Source of the DNA: an uncultured Spirochaetia bacterium
GTDB lineage: Bacteria > Spirochaetota > JAHITG01 > CAZBCL01
Direction: 5' to 3'
Length of the DNA stretch: 64,000 bases
Assembly (NCBI GenBank): GCA_964490645.1
Contig: CAZBCL010000002.1
Location: forward strand, 191,445 to 255,444
Under the pieces are notes generated by a model, which was given only the letters and a program-made list of their open reading frames with translations, was not told the origin of the DNA and searched no databases. Positions 1-9,640 of the stretch are shown piece by piece (within the stretch, counting starts at the first letter, position 1; every line of letters starts with the position of its first letter). A program made the position numbers and the translations under genes.

Positions 1-344
1 TTACGATAATCCTGATAAAACGGATTTTTTATAACCCCCGTCCATTTACCGCCATGTCGGCGACAGAGAATAAGATTAAGAGAAGTAAAATCTATCTGCT
101 GCTCATCCGGTGTTTTTTCCACGAGATAATCAGTTTCATTGTTTTTTAATGAATATGTTGTTACTTCAGCAGGATTATTTATCGGCAGAACAGATGATAA
201 TAACCGATACAGTGGGGTTGCATTTTTATCGGATCCTTGCGCTGTTGAAACAGCAAAAAGTATTATTACCGTAACCGATACCGTGAATAGAACAATAACA
301 ACAGCTTTAACAAGATGATCATTAAAAAAATTACGTATAAACAT
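1..344 (-). CDS. Hypothetical exported or membrane-anchored protein, partial (runs off the left edge)
   Basis: Manual translation from ATG at 344: MFIRNFFNDHLVKAVVIVLFTVSVTVIILFAVSTAQGSDK..., open to position 1. The N-terminus is hydrophobic. Not in the ORF track because it has no stop inside the window. Confidence 0.6.
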   Translation of the reverse strand, partial: MFIRNFFNDHLVKAVVIVLFTVSVTVIILFAVSTAQGSDKNATPLYRLLSSVLPINNPAEVTTYSLKNNETDYLVEKTPDEQQIDFTSLNLILCRRHGGKWTGVIKNPFYQDYR

Positions 345-479
345 ACTGATATTAATATCGGGAATTAATGTTCCAAAATTGAGTACAGATGACTGTTTTA
401 TCCATAAACGCTGAATATACTTTTATTTAAAAAAGAACGCATTCTTATAGGTGATTATTGTATTTGATATGCTCTTTAT

Positions 480-1061
480 TTATAAAGAAATGTCTACTAG
501 TTTATAATACTGAATCGTATACTCTTCTATTAGAAATAAGATATTACTGAACATAAGAATATTATAATTATTACTCTCTTTGGAGTAATGCAATAGTTTT
601 AAAAGATACATTGTATAACTGTTGTTTTTATGATTTCCTTGAGTATTATAAGGGGGATATTGAAAAGAATTATTATTAAAATGCACGTTTTCTTGCAACG
701 GATGGCTATAGGTATCAATAGCTAAAATAAAAGAACGTACAATAGAAAATGACATGTATAAAGCAAGATACTCATTTGCGAAACGATTATATAGAGTCTT
801 GGTAATATCATTTGTTTGTATAAGTGGTCTTGATTTCAATAGAGCATAACAGAACAATGAAGCCACTTTATGTCTGTCAATATTTCCATCCTTATAACAC
901 ATCCAAGTATGTAATAATTCATTTTGTTCCTGATAAATCTGATAAACATCGTTCTTGGCATTTCTTTTAAACTGAAGAGTATTATTGCATTTTTTATTTA
1001 AATCGTTCTGTACATATTGTTCGCAGATATCCCACCATTTATTAAAAATAAATTGTTTCAT
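480..1061 (-). CDS. Hypothetical protein (193 aa) in a low-GC segment
   Basis: Long ORF in very AT-rich DNA; no family recognised. Confidence 0.65.
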   Translation of the reverse strand: MKQFIFNKWWDICEQYVQNDLNKKCNNTLQFKRNAKNDVYQIYQEQNELLHTWMCYKDGNIDRHKVASLFCYALLKSRPLIQTNDITKTLYNRFANEYLALYMSFSIVRSFILAIDTYSHPLQENVHFNNNSFQYPPYNTQGNHKNNSYTMYLLKLLHYSKESNNYNILMFSNILFLIEEYTIQYYKLVDISL

Positions 1062-1086
1062 CGCTAATTCATACTATAACAAAAGA

Positions 1087-1251
1087 TTAGAATAACGTAT
1101 CCGGGTATGGGCGAGGGGTTACTTTTTCAATATCAATCTCATTATTATCAAACTTTAATAAATCAGTAAAATCTTTATCAGTAATAACGTGACGTAATTC
1201 AGCACTAAAATCATCATCACTGTTCTTCAATACATCTCCTATACTATCCAT
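1087..1251 (-). CDS. Small acidic hypothetical protein (54 aa)
   Basis: Manual translation MDSIGDVLKNSDDDFSAELRHVITDKDFTDLLKFDNNEIDIEKVTPRPYPDTLF*. AGGAG lies 6 nt before the ATG, and the ORF ends 25 nt upstream of the 193-aa ORF on the same strand. It is below the ORF-track length cutoff. Confidence 0.5.
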   Translation of the reverse strand: MDSIGDVLKNSDDDFSAELRHVITDKDFTDLLKFDNNEIDIEKVTPRPYPDTLF

Positions 1252-1395
1252 AAGTGGCTCCTGTTCTCTATGTAACTCTTCATTAATAAGACCATAAGCG
1301 CTAATAGTATGTTTGTCAAGTCTTCACTAATTAATTACAACTTCATTTTGCCGTTACATTTTTAAATAAAATACTTGTAAAATACGCATAAATTG

Positions 1396-1409
1396 TGTAC
1401 ATTTGTACA
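1396..1409. promoter_or_regulatory. Dyad TGTACA-TT-TGTACA between divergent genes, possible transcription-factor site
   Basis: Symmetric motif seen directly in the divergent intergenic region. Confidence 0.3.
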
Positions 1410-1464
1410 TGTAAAGATATACTTAACTGAGGGGAACATTATCAACTCAAGGAGGAGTAAGATA

Positions 1465-1836
1465 ATGTTTATCGGGACAAATATTTTAGCTCCGGCAATG
1501 TCTGTACACAAGAGTGAACATGCGCAATACAGTCAAAGTATTGCTCAGTCACCTCTCCCGGCATCGAAAGGGCATTTAAGTGTCGTCGGTGGAAATATGT
1601 CCGTCTTTAATACTCCAATATCCCGACCAAACAATCATTCGCAAATGATTTTCACTATGCCGCATGCCGATTACCGACCGGCAACTTTCATTGACCGAAC
1701 ACGTGATTTTATTACCTCTATTGCAAAAAACGGGGTTGCGTTAACACGAAAGTTTGGAGGAATTCAGGCATTTGCGGAACGCACATATGGTTCTGTTGCA
1801 AAACCGGTTCAACATTCCATCGACATGACTGCATAA
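1465..1836 (+). CDS. Hypothetical protein (123 aa), S/Q/P-rich
   Basis: A strong SD (AAGGAGGAG) precedes ATG 1465, which is in frame with the track ORF 1393..1836. The protein ends in ...HSIDMTA. Confidence 0.6.
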   Translation: MFIGTNILAPAMSVHKSEHAQYSQSIAQSPLPASKGHLSVVGGNMSVFNTPISRPNNHSQMIFTMPHADYRPATFIDRTRDFITSIAKNGVALTRKFGGIQAFAERTYGSVAKPVQHSIDMTA

Positions 1837-1858
1837 CCGAATATATTATACCAAATAA

Positions 1859-1897
1859 CAGGATTGATATATAACATAAAAAAAACACTCAATCCTG
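1859..1897. other. 9-bp inverted repeat (CAGGATTGA...TCAATCCTG) just after the 123-aa ORF
   Basis: Perfect 9-bp arms with a 21-nt spacer and no clear U-tract. Confidence 0.4.
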
Positions 1898-1965
1898 ATC
1901 TAATGTTTACTGCCGCAGCAAAGTTTGCAGCAGGGTCTAATGCTAAAAATCATCAGTTATATTTT

Positions 1966-2305
1966 ATATCAGCGGACATCACATGAGCTGCAGCGGATAC
2001 GATAGCGGGATTTAAATCTATAATAAACAAACTACTGATTCCGATTAGCATAATTACTGTTATAACAAATACTGTAATAGTGTTTAAGTAAAATGCTGTT
2101 AACACATCAAATATCAGCGGACATCACATGAGCTGCAGCGGATACGATAACGGGGTTTAAATCTATAATAAACAAACTACTGATTCCGATTAGCATAATT
2201 ACTGTTATAACAAATACTGTAATAGTGTTTAAGTAAAATGCTGTAAACACATCAAATATCAGCGGACATCACATGAGCTGCAGCGGATACGATAGCGGGA
2301 TTTAA
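1966..2305. repeat. 145-bp direct tandem repeat, about 2.3 copies
   Basis: Units start with ATATCAGCGGACATCACATGAGCTGCAGCGGATACG at 1966, 2111 and 2256. Only three substitutions distinguish the copies. Confidence 0.95.
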
Positions 2306-2537
2306 TCATACGCCCTTTACTTATAAAAGTATTTATAAGAATAACGACAAACAATGCATCTGATACTGTATAATCATACTTATTAAATAACACACTGATA
2401 ATCAACTCACCGGCAATAGAAGTGTAAAACGTATACAATACCGGTATTGGCATATAATAAATTCAGATGAATGATGTAGTATAAAAATGAAGGGTTCATG
2501 TTAAAACATAATTAAAAACGAGCGATTATCATTCCTA

Positions 2538-3224
2538 TTACCGGGAAAGTGTTTTTTCCAGTTTTTCTATTTCATCGTTCAATCGTGCCGCTTCTTCATA
2601 TTCTTCTTTATATATTGCCACACATTTACGAATTGATTTATCAATAATATCCGTCGCATCTTTGTTTTCAATCGTTAACAGGTCTAGTAATTTACTCAGC
2701 TCCTGTCGATACGGACGTGTTGTAATATTTTTAAGCATTGTTCGAAGCTGACGTTCATATCGTTTTATCAAAGGCATATTCATTTTTGAATCAACCATGC
2801 TGCGTACTTCAAGTGCAAGTTTCCCGAAATAATTAATATGCTGATATTCATCAAGATCATTACTGCGAGTAACATCCCGCGTTTTGTATCGCTGAAAATA
2901 TGCATTCACCATATCATTAAACTCATTAACACGCTTTTTCAGATATACTGACTGCATAGACTTACTGTCCGGAAAGACAAAATCAGGAAGCTTTATTAAA
3001 TCAGTTCCTTCCCGATCGACAATTTCACGTAATGTTTCATAATCATCAATACCAACCGGCGGAAACGAGGCTATTTGAGCATCACTGCCTGACGGTAATA
3101 ATGAAATCATAACATTGCTTGCAATAATTTTATATCCGGGGAAAAAGGGGTTTTTCCCTTTAATGTAATAATAAAATATTGCATTCCCTTTTGGCCGTTG
3201 AGGATTACCGACTTCAAATATCAT
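2538..3224 (-). CDS. Conserved hypothetical protein with a C-terminal UvrB/UvrC (UVR) interaction motif
   Basis: C-terminal AIYKEEYEEAARLNDEIEKL fits the UVR coiled-coil motif; GGAG SD upstream. Confidence 0.65.
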   Translation of the reverse strand: MIFEVGNPQRPKGNAIFYYYIKGKNPFFPGYKIIASNVMISLLPSGSDAQIASFPPVGIDDYETLREIVDREGTDLIKLPDFVFPDSKSMQSVYLKKRVNEFNDMVNAYFQRYKTRDVTRSNDLDEYQHINYFGKLALEVRSMVDSKMNMPLIKRYERQLRTMLKNITTRPYRQELSKLLDLLTIENKDATDIIDKSIRKCVAIYKEEYEEAARLNDEIEKLEKTLSR

Positions 3225-3645
3225 TGTATTACTCCATATTACCTTTCTCTATTTTAAGTATATCACAAAACAAACGCTTATTAGCAACTTTACGATATTT
3301 TTTTACAACAGTATACAGCTTTCATACATACCATGCCTCATTATTACATACGTATTGTATCGGCGATAATCTCATTTATCTGACCGATTTCATTATCAGT
3401 TTCAACGATCTGCAGCATTCAATGATATTTTTCAATGAAAAGCAGTAATTATATCAAAAAAAAGTGTTATTCCTTCTGAATTAAGAAGTAATAATATATA
3501 TCATGAAAATAAATTATATCCGACACACTCCTGTGCAGCTGATACCCTATCTTCATAATCCATACCTGAACTGCCTTTGTCAGCTGATGACTAGTATTTG
3601 ATATAAAAATATACACGAAAGCACGTCGTTCGGGTTTCTTTTATC

Positions 3646-3673
3646 TTGACACGTTAGTGTTGCATGATAAAAT
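3646..3673 (+). promoter_or_regulatory. Sigma70-type promoter of the pur operon
   Basis: TTGACA-16-TAAAAT with an extended TGn; ends 10 nt before the purC ATG at 3684. Confidence 0.7.
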
Positions 3674-3683
3674 CGCCGTCATT

Positions 3684-4418
3684 ATGACAACCGCACGATG
3701 TACAAAAAACACCATTAAACGGCGCCGTAAGCTCTATGAGGGTAAAGCAAAGATTCTCTATACAACAGATGAGCCGAAAAAATTAATTCAATACTTCAAA
3801 GACGATGCCACGGCCTTCAACGGAAAAAAATTCGATACTATTACCGGTAAGGGCGCTGCAAACTGTGCTATTGCATCAGCATTATTTATCTATCTTGCCA
3901 AAAAAGGCATTCCGACTCATTTTATCAAAAAGCTGAGCCCCCATGAGCAACTAATTAAAAAAGTCGATATTGTTCCGCTTGAAGTCATTATTCGAAATGT
4001 TGCTGCAGGGTCGTTTTCCCGACGATACGGTGTTAAAGAAGGGACGATTTTAAAAAAACCGACTTTTGAGTTTTCATATAAAAAAGACGAACTTGGCGAT
4101 CCGCTCATCAACCGCTATCACATTATTGCAATGGGACTGGCAACGGAAAAACAGCTTAATACAATTCGCGAACTGGCTTTCGCCGTGAATAGTGCTTTAC
4201 AGAAATTTTTTACAAAAGTCGGTGTACGATTGATAGATTTTAAACTTGAATTTGGTCGTATCGGCAGCAAAATCATATTGGCAGATGAGATTTCTCCCGA
4301 TACCTGCCGTTTCTGGGATAGTAAGACCGGCAGAAAACTTGATAAAGACAGGTTCCGCTTTAACCTTGGTGGTGTTGAAGGCGCATATACTGAAATGCTG
4401 AAACGCATCAGTTCATAA
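3684..4418 (+). CDS. purC: SAICAR synthetase
   Basis: Motifs LYEGKAK, PLEVIIRN, GDP, DFKLEFG and LADEISPDTCRFWD. Start moved to ATG 3684 because the track TTG at 3657 lies inside the promoter. Confidence 0.97.
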   Translation: MTTARCTKNTIKRRRKLYEGKAKILYTTDEPKKLIQYFKDDATAFNGKKFDTITGKGAANCAIASALFIYLAKKGIPTHFIKKLSPHEQLIKKVDIVPLEVIIRNVAAGSFSRRYGVKEGTILKKPTFEFSYKKDELGDPLINRYHIIAMGLATEKQLNTIRELAFAVNSALQKFFTKVGVRLIDFKLEFGRIGSKIILADEISPDTCRFWDSKTGRKLDKDRFRFNLGGVEGAYTEMLKRISS

Positions 4419-4528
4419 GACATATCGGTTCTTCACCACTCTAATAAACGAATCTGCGTAATATATAATTACAAGCTCACAACGCTATCGTAATAATTTA
4501 TCATAAATCACCGTTGCAGGAGCACATC

Positions 4529-5014
4529 GTGCCGCTGACAATCATTGAAGTATATTTGAACAATACCATGCATGATACACGTGGAACTGCCATTCTTCAC
4601 GATGCACCGGATATTGGCATTACAACACTCAGTGCCGTGCATGTTATGGAACGCTATTTTATTGAAGGTGAAATTAATACAACTGATATTACCCGTATCG
4701 GTCGTGAACTGCTCTGTGATCCGTTAACACAGGAATTTCGATTTGCACAGGATGAAGAGCATCTTACGCTTCCGCCGGAACTGCTGCCGTGCTGGTCAAT
4801 TAGCGTACAGTATCATGGTGATGTTACTGATACCGTCGGGAAAACGACAGAACGCGGTATTAAAGATCTCGGCATTACCACTGTTCATATGGTTCGCACC
4901 GGCTACCGCTATATTCTTCAAGGAGCGCTCACCGCACCTGAAGCACGAAATATTACAACACGTTTACTTGCAAATGCCGTAATAGAAGACAGCACGATAA
5001 AGGAACTGCACTAA
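4529..5014 (+). CDS. purS: FGAM synthase PurS-like subunit (tandem two-PurS-domain protein)
   Basis: Two PurS-like halves (DTRG...LLCDPLTQ; VTDTVG...LLANAVIE), directly upstream of purL. GTG start follows AGGAG. Confidence 0.8.
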   Translation: MPLTIIEVYLNNTMHDTRGTAILHDAPDIGITTLSAVHVMERYFIEGEINTTDITRIGRELLCDPLTQEFRFAQDEEHLTLPPELLPCWSISVQYHGDVTDTVGKTTERGIKDLGITTVHMVRTGYRYILQGALTAPEARNITTRLLANAVIEDSTIKELH

Positions 5015-7434
5015 TGCTGTTATTTTTCAAAAAAAAGAAATCTCGTGCAAATGGTGTTGTTGCACTACGATCGGCTACTGCGGCAAAACTGAAACACATC
5101 AGCCGCACCCGCACTCTCTCATTAACGCTTGACGAGATGCGGACAATTCAAAAGTATTATAAACGTCTGAAACGCGACCCGACTGAACTTGAAATCGAAA
5201 CAATCGCACAAACCTGGTCGGAACATTGTAAGCATAAAGTTTTTAATGGCTTAATTGATTATAATGACGTTACCGGTTCGCGGATCATTGATAATTTATT
5301 TAAACATACTATTGTTAAAGCAACCCGCGATATCCGCAATGATTTAAATGATAACGATTTCTGTGTCTCAGTGTTTTCTGATAATGCCGGTATTATCAAG
5401 TTTATTCCCGGCTGGCATATGGTCTTTAAAGTTGAAACGCATAATCACCCTTCCGCACTTGACCCGTACGGCGGAGCAAGTACCGGTATTGGCGGTGTTA
5501 TTCGTGATGTACTTGGTTGTGGTCTGAGTGCTCGTCCGATACTCAATACCGACGTTTTTTGTTTCGCTCCGCCCAATGTCCCGTTTAGCCGTTTGCCGCA
5601 GGGAGTTTTGCATCCGAAACGTATTTTCAAAGGTGTTGTTGCCGGTGTTCGTGATTACGGAAACCGTATGGGTATTCCAACGATAAACGGATCGGTTCAA
5701 TTTGATGCACGCTATCTGGGTAATCCGATCGTTTATTGCGGAACAGCCGGTATTATCCCTGACAATAAAATTAAAAAAGAGATTAATAATAATGATTATA
5801 TTGTTTCCATCGGCGGACGAACCGGACGAGACGGTATTCACGGTGCAACTTTTTCATCAGCAGAGCTTGGCACAGAATCGGAAACGGAATCTGCATCAGC
5901 AGTGCAAATCGGCAACCCTATTGAAGAAAAAAAGGTACTCGATGTCCTCATGATTGCACGAGACGAAGGGCTCTACCGTGCAATAACCGACTGCGGCGCA
6001 GGCGGTTATTCAAGTGCGGTTGGAGAAATGGCGGAACACTGCGGCGCACATATTGAGCTTTCAAATGTACCGCTTAAATATAAAGGACTGCAGCCATGGG
6101 AAATTTTTCTTTCGGAAGCACAGGAACGAATGGTATTAGCAATACCACCCGACAAATGGGAACGTTTTCATGCACTCTGTACAGAATGGGATGTTGAAGC
6201 TACACGCCTTGGAACTTTTAATACATCGGGGAAACTTGTTGTAACATATAATGATACAGTCGTTGGTGAGCTTGATCTTGATTTTCTTCATAACGGATAC
6301 CCCCGTCTGAAACGGCGTGCGGAGTATTTCCCCCGTAAAATAACTGAAATAACATTACTTGAACCGGACCATTATACCGATACCCTTAAAACGCTTTTAT
6401 CAGATTATTGTGCTGCCAGTAAAGAATGGATTATCCGGCAATATGATCATGAAGTGCAGGGAGGGACTATCCTGAAACCACTGACCGGTATTGCTCATGA
6501 CGGACCAAGTGATGCGGCAGTAATGGTCCCGATCCCTGAGCGACCGGATACCGGTATTGCCGTTGCACATGGTATGGCAACACGGCTTGGGGATATTGAC
6601 CCCTATACAATGGCACAAGCCGCTATTGATGAAGCACTTCGTTCCCTTGTTGCTGTTGGCGTTGACCCTTCACACGTTGCTATACTGGATAATTTTTGTA
6701 TGGGAAATCCTGAACGACCGGAAATACTCGGAGCATTAGTGAGGGCTGCGGAAGGATGTCGTGATACGGCACTCATTTACCGAACACCCTTTGTTTCCGG
6801 TAAAGACAGTTTTTATAATGAATACAATGATAACGGCTCATTGATTTCCATTCCGCATACATTGCTTATTTCAGCATTTGCCCCTATTAACACGAAACAT
6901 ATTGTTTCAATGGATATTAAAGAACCGGGAAATCCTATTTTCCTCCTTGGTGCATTAACAAAAATGCTCGGCGGATCATTATATTTGCAGCATCGTGGGG
7001 TTGAAAGCGCTAAGATTCCATTACTGAATGCATCTGCTGCTATTGAAGCATATACGAAATTACATCAGGCAATTATATTAGGATATGTTCGTGCTTGTCA
7101 TGATATTTCAGATGGCGGGCTTGCTGTTGCAGCTGCAGAAATGGCATTTGCCGGCGGGCATGGAATTGCAATAGATTTAAACAAAGCCCCGAACGCTGAC
7201 GCAAAACGTGATGATGAAGCATTGTTTAATGAACACCCCGGACAACTCCTCATTGAAGTTGCTCGCGACAAAGAAGAAGAGTTTGTCTCTATTATGAATA
7301 CCAGCGCCTGCGGACGAATTGGAACGGTGCAGGATGCAACACGACTTATTATTACCGGTTTAACCGGCAGAACACTTATTGATGAAGATATACAACTATT
7401 AAAAAAAGCATGGCAGGCACCATTGCAATGGTAA
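5014..7434 (+). CDS. purL: Phosphoribosylformylglycinamidine synthase subunit PurL
   Basis: Motifs QTWSEHCKHK, KVETHNHPS, GGRTGRDGIHGATFSS, DCGAGG, SEAQERM, QYDHEV and HDISDGG. Confidence 0.97.
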   Translation: MLLFFKKKKSRANGVVALRSATAAKLKHISRTRTLSLTLDEMRTIQKYYKRLKRDPTELEIETIAQTWSEHCKHKVFNGLIDYNDVTGSRIIDNLFKHTIVKATRDIRNDLNDNDFCVSVFSDNAGIIKFIPGWHMVFKVETHNHPSALDPYGGASTGIGGVIRDVLGCGLSARPILNTDVFCFAPPNVPFSRLPQGVLHPKRIFKGVVAGVRDYGNRMGIPTINGSVQFDARYLGNPIVYCGTAGIIPDNKIKKEINNNDYIVSIGGRTGRDGIHGATFSSAELGTESETESASAVQIGNPIEEKKVLDVLMIARDEGLYRAITDCGAGGYSSAVGEMAEHCGAHIELSNVPLKYKGLQPWEIFLSEAQERMVLAIPPDKWERFHALCTEWDVEATRLGTFNTSGKLVVTYNDTVVGELDLDFLHNGYPRLKRRAEYFPRKITEITLLEPDHYTDTLKTLLSDYCAASKEWIIRQYDHEVQGGTILKPLTGIAHDGPSDAAVMVPIPERPDTGIAVAHGMATRLGDIDPYTMAQAAIDEALRSLVAVGVDPSHVAILDNFCMGNPERPEILGALVRAAEGCRDTALIYRTPFVSGKDSFYNEYNDNGSLISIPHTLLISAFAPINTKHIVSMDIKEPGNPIFLLGALTKMLGGSLYLQHRGVESAKIPLLNASAAIEAYTKLHQAIILGYVRACHDISDGGLAVAAAEMAFAGGHGIAIDLNKAPNADAKRDDEALFNEHPGQLLIEVARDKEEEFVSIMNTSACGRIGTVQDATRLIITGLTGRTLIDEDIQLLKKAWQAPLQW

Positions 7435-8216
7435 AAAAACGCGTTACTGTACTGATATTAAAAACCGCCGGCACAAATTGTGATCGTGAAACAGTGTTTG
7501 CATTTCAACAGGCAGGTGCAGAAGCTGAAGTTGTACATATTAACCGTCTTTTCGCGTATCCGCAACTGCTTGATGATTTTCACATTATAGCTATCCCGGG
7601 CGGTTTTACCTACGGTGATGATATTGCTGCCGGGCGTATTCTTGCAAATGAATTGCGCATCCTTCTGCGTAATCATATGAATGCATTTATTGATTCAGGA
7701 CGATGCATTATTGGTATTTGCAATGGTTTTCAGGTACTGGTAAAAGCCGGATTGCTGCCCGGAGAAAAAAACGACCGTCAAACAGCAACCTTATTTTCAA
7801 ATGACAGTGGAATGTTTGAATCTCGTTGGGTACATTTATCAGTAGAGAAAAAATCTCCTTGTATATTTACTCGTGAAATGCCGCATACAATTGAACTGCC
7901 GATCGCTCATGCCGAAGGAAAGTTTATTGCTGACACTGAAACAATTGAAGCATTGCATCGAAACGGACAGATTGTTTTTTCATATGCATCAAAAAACGGC
8001 AATCCTGCAAAACAGTATCCTGATAATCCAAACGGTTCATTGCATAATATCGCCGGCATTTGCGACCCTACCGGGCGCGTACTTGGAATGATGCCGCACC
8101 CGGAACGGTTCATTCAGCCTGTACAGCACCCGTGTCATACACGACACACAATACCGGAAGCATTCGGCAGTCTGCTCTTTAAAAATGCCGTCACATATAT
8201 ACGAGAAGAATTATAA
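7428..8216 (+). CDS. purQ: FGAM synthase glutaminase subunit PurQ
   Basis: GTNCD, PGGFTYGD, GICNGFQ (catalytic Cys) and MMPHPER. ATG 7428 overlaps the purL stop. Confidence 0.96.
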   Translation: MVKKRVTVLILKTAGTNCDRETVFAFQQAGAEAEVVHINRLFAYPQLLDDFHIIAIPGGFTYGDDIAAGRILANELRILLRNHMNAFIDSGRCIIGICNGFQVLVKAGLLPGEKNDRQTATLFSNDSGMFESRWVHLSVEKKSPCIFTREMPHTIELPIAHAEGKFIADTETIEALHRNGQIVFSYASKNGNPAKQYPDNPNGSLHNIAGICDPTGRVLGMMPHPERFIQPVQHPCHTRHTIPEAFGSLLFKNAVTYIREEL

Positions 8217-8218
8217 CT

Positions 8219-9640
8219 ATGTATTCACAACATAATGATAAAAATCACGACGAATGCGGTGTCTTTGGTGTTACTGATAATGACAAAGCCGCTGCATTAA
8301 CACACCTTGGTTTATATGCATTACAGCATCGCGGACAAAAAAGTGCCGGTATTGTAACCAAAGACCGCGATACGTTTAAGCTGCATCGTGGTATTGGTCT
8401 TGTGAGCGAAGTTTTTAATAAACAGGATCTTGCTGCATTATCCGGTCGGTGTGCACTGGGGCATGTACGTTTTGTAAAAGGCTGGGAACATGTAACAACA
8501 ATTAACGCACAACCGCTTATGGTTAATTGTTCTAAAGGGCAAATTGCCATTGCCATGAACGGCAGCATTCTGAATGAAGAACGATTACGGACTGATCTGG
8601 TAAATGCAGGTGCAATTTTTCAGACCCAAACAGATGCTGAAGTCATTTTACATCTTATTGCTCACTCAACAGCACCAACACTGGAAAGTGCCATCATTGA
8701 CGCCTTGACGCAAGTTGAAGGTGCTTTTGCCGTTGTCTTTCTTACTGATAACGGATTAATTGCCGCACGGGACCCGCACGGGGTTAAACCTCTCTGTCTT
8801 GGAAAAAAAGACAATGGCTATGTTATTGCATCTGAAAGCTGCGCTTTTACACTTATTGATGCAACAATAATTCGTGAAGTTCATCCCGGTGAACTGTTGA
8901 TTATTAATAATAATGCGGTTCATTCACGTAACTATACCCGCCCGCTGCAATCATCGTTCTGTCTTTTTGAATATATTTATTTTTCCCGTCCCGATAGTGT
9001 TATTTTCGGGCAATCCGTATACGATGTGCGACGCCGTACCGGTCAGCAGCTGGCTCTTGAATCACCCGTTGATGCTGATTTTATTATCAGTGTACCTGAC
9101 TCGGGAAATTGTGCTGCTATCGGATATGCACAAACGCTGAATATACCGTTTAATCTCGGACTTATTCGTAATCATTATGTCGGGCGAACACATCTTAAAA
9201 ACAGTCCCGTTGCACAAACAGTCGGGGTTCGACTGAAACTTGCGCCCATTGCACCGTTTATCAAAGGAAAACGAGTTTGTCTGGTTGATGATTCTATTAT
9301 TCGCGGCAATACAGTAAAGAAAATTGTCCGTCTTATAAAAAATGCAGGTGCACAAGAAATACATATGCGCCTTGCTTCACCACTTTATAAACGTAATTGT
9401 CCATATGGCAGTGATATGGAATACGAAGACGACCGCCCGCTGATTGCTGCAAATCATACCGCTGATGATATTAAAAATTTCCTCGAAGTTGATTCAATCG
9501 GTTTCCTTTCCATTGACGGATTACTTACTGCCGTTAACGGCACGAAAACAAAGGATGCAAAAGCATATTGTACAATGTGTTTTTATTCCCAATCAGAATA
9601 TACTGGTGAAATATCACCGGAACCGGAGTTGTTTGAATAA
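8219..9640 (+). CDS. purF: Amidophosphoribosyltransferase (divergent; see findings)
   Basis: Propeptide followed by CGVFG, QHRGQ, FEYIYFSRPDS, VDDSIIRG, and four Fe-S Cys positions (FCLFE, CPYG, CTMC). Confidence 0.9.
   Translation: MYSQHNDKNHDECGVFGVTDNDKAAALTHLGLYALQHRGQKSAGIVTKDRDTFKLHRGIGLVSEVFNKQDLAALSGRCALGHVRFVKGWEHVTTINAQPLMVNCSKGQIAIAMNGSILNEERLRTDLVNAGAIFQTQTDAEVILHLIAHSTAPTLESAIIDALTQVEGAFAVVFLTDNGLIAARDPHGVKPLCLGKKDNGYVIASESCAFTLIDATIIREVHPGELLIINNNAVHSRNYTRPLQSSFCLFEYIYFSRPDSVIFGQSVYDVRRRTGQQLALESPVDADFIISVPDSGNCAAIGYAQTLNIPFNLGLIRNHYVGRTHLKNSPVAQTVGVRLKLAPIAPFIKGKRVCLVDDSIIRGNTVKKIVRLIKNAGAQEIHMRLASPLYKRNCPYGSDMEYEDDRPLIAANHTADDIKNFLEVDSIGFLSIDGLLTAVNGTKTKDAKAYCTMCFYSQSEYTGEISPEPELFE

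Noticed and set aside
1966-2305. CRISPR array
   Set aside because: The sequences between the GC-rich cores are identical rather than unique spacers, the period of 145 bp is too long, and no cas genes are present.
2259-2453. 64-aa minus-strand ORF overlapping the third repeat copy
   Set aside because: No SD, no recognisable motif and composition typical of random AT-rich DNA.
3225-3683. Purine, ZTP or PyrR-type riboswitch/attenuator upstream of purC
   Set aside because: No consensus motifs found, and the best promoter lies only 10 nt from the start codon.
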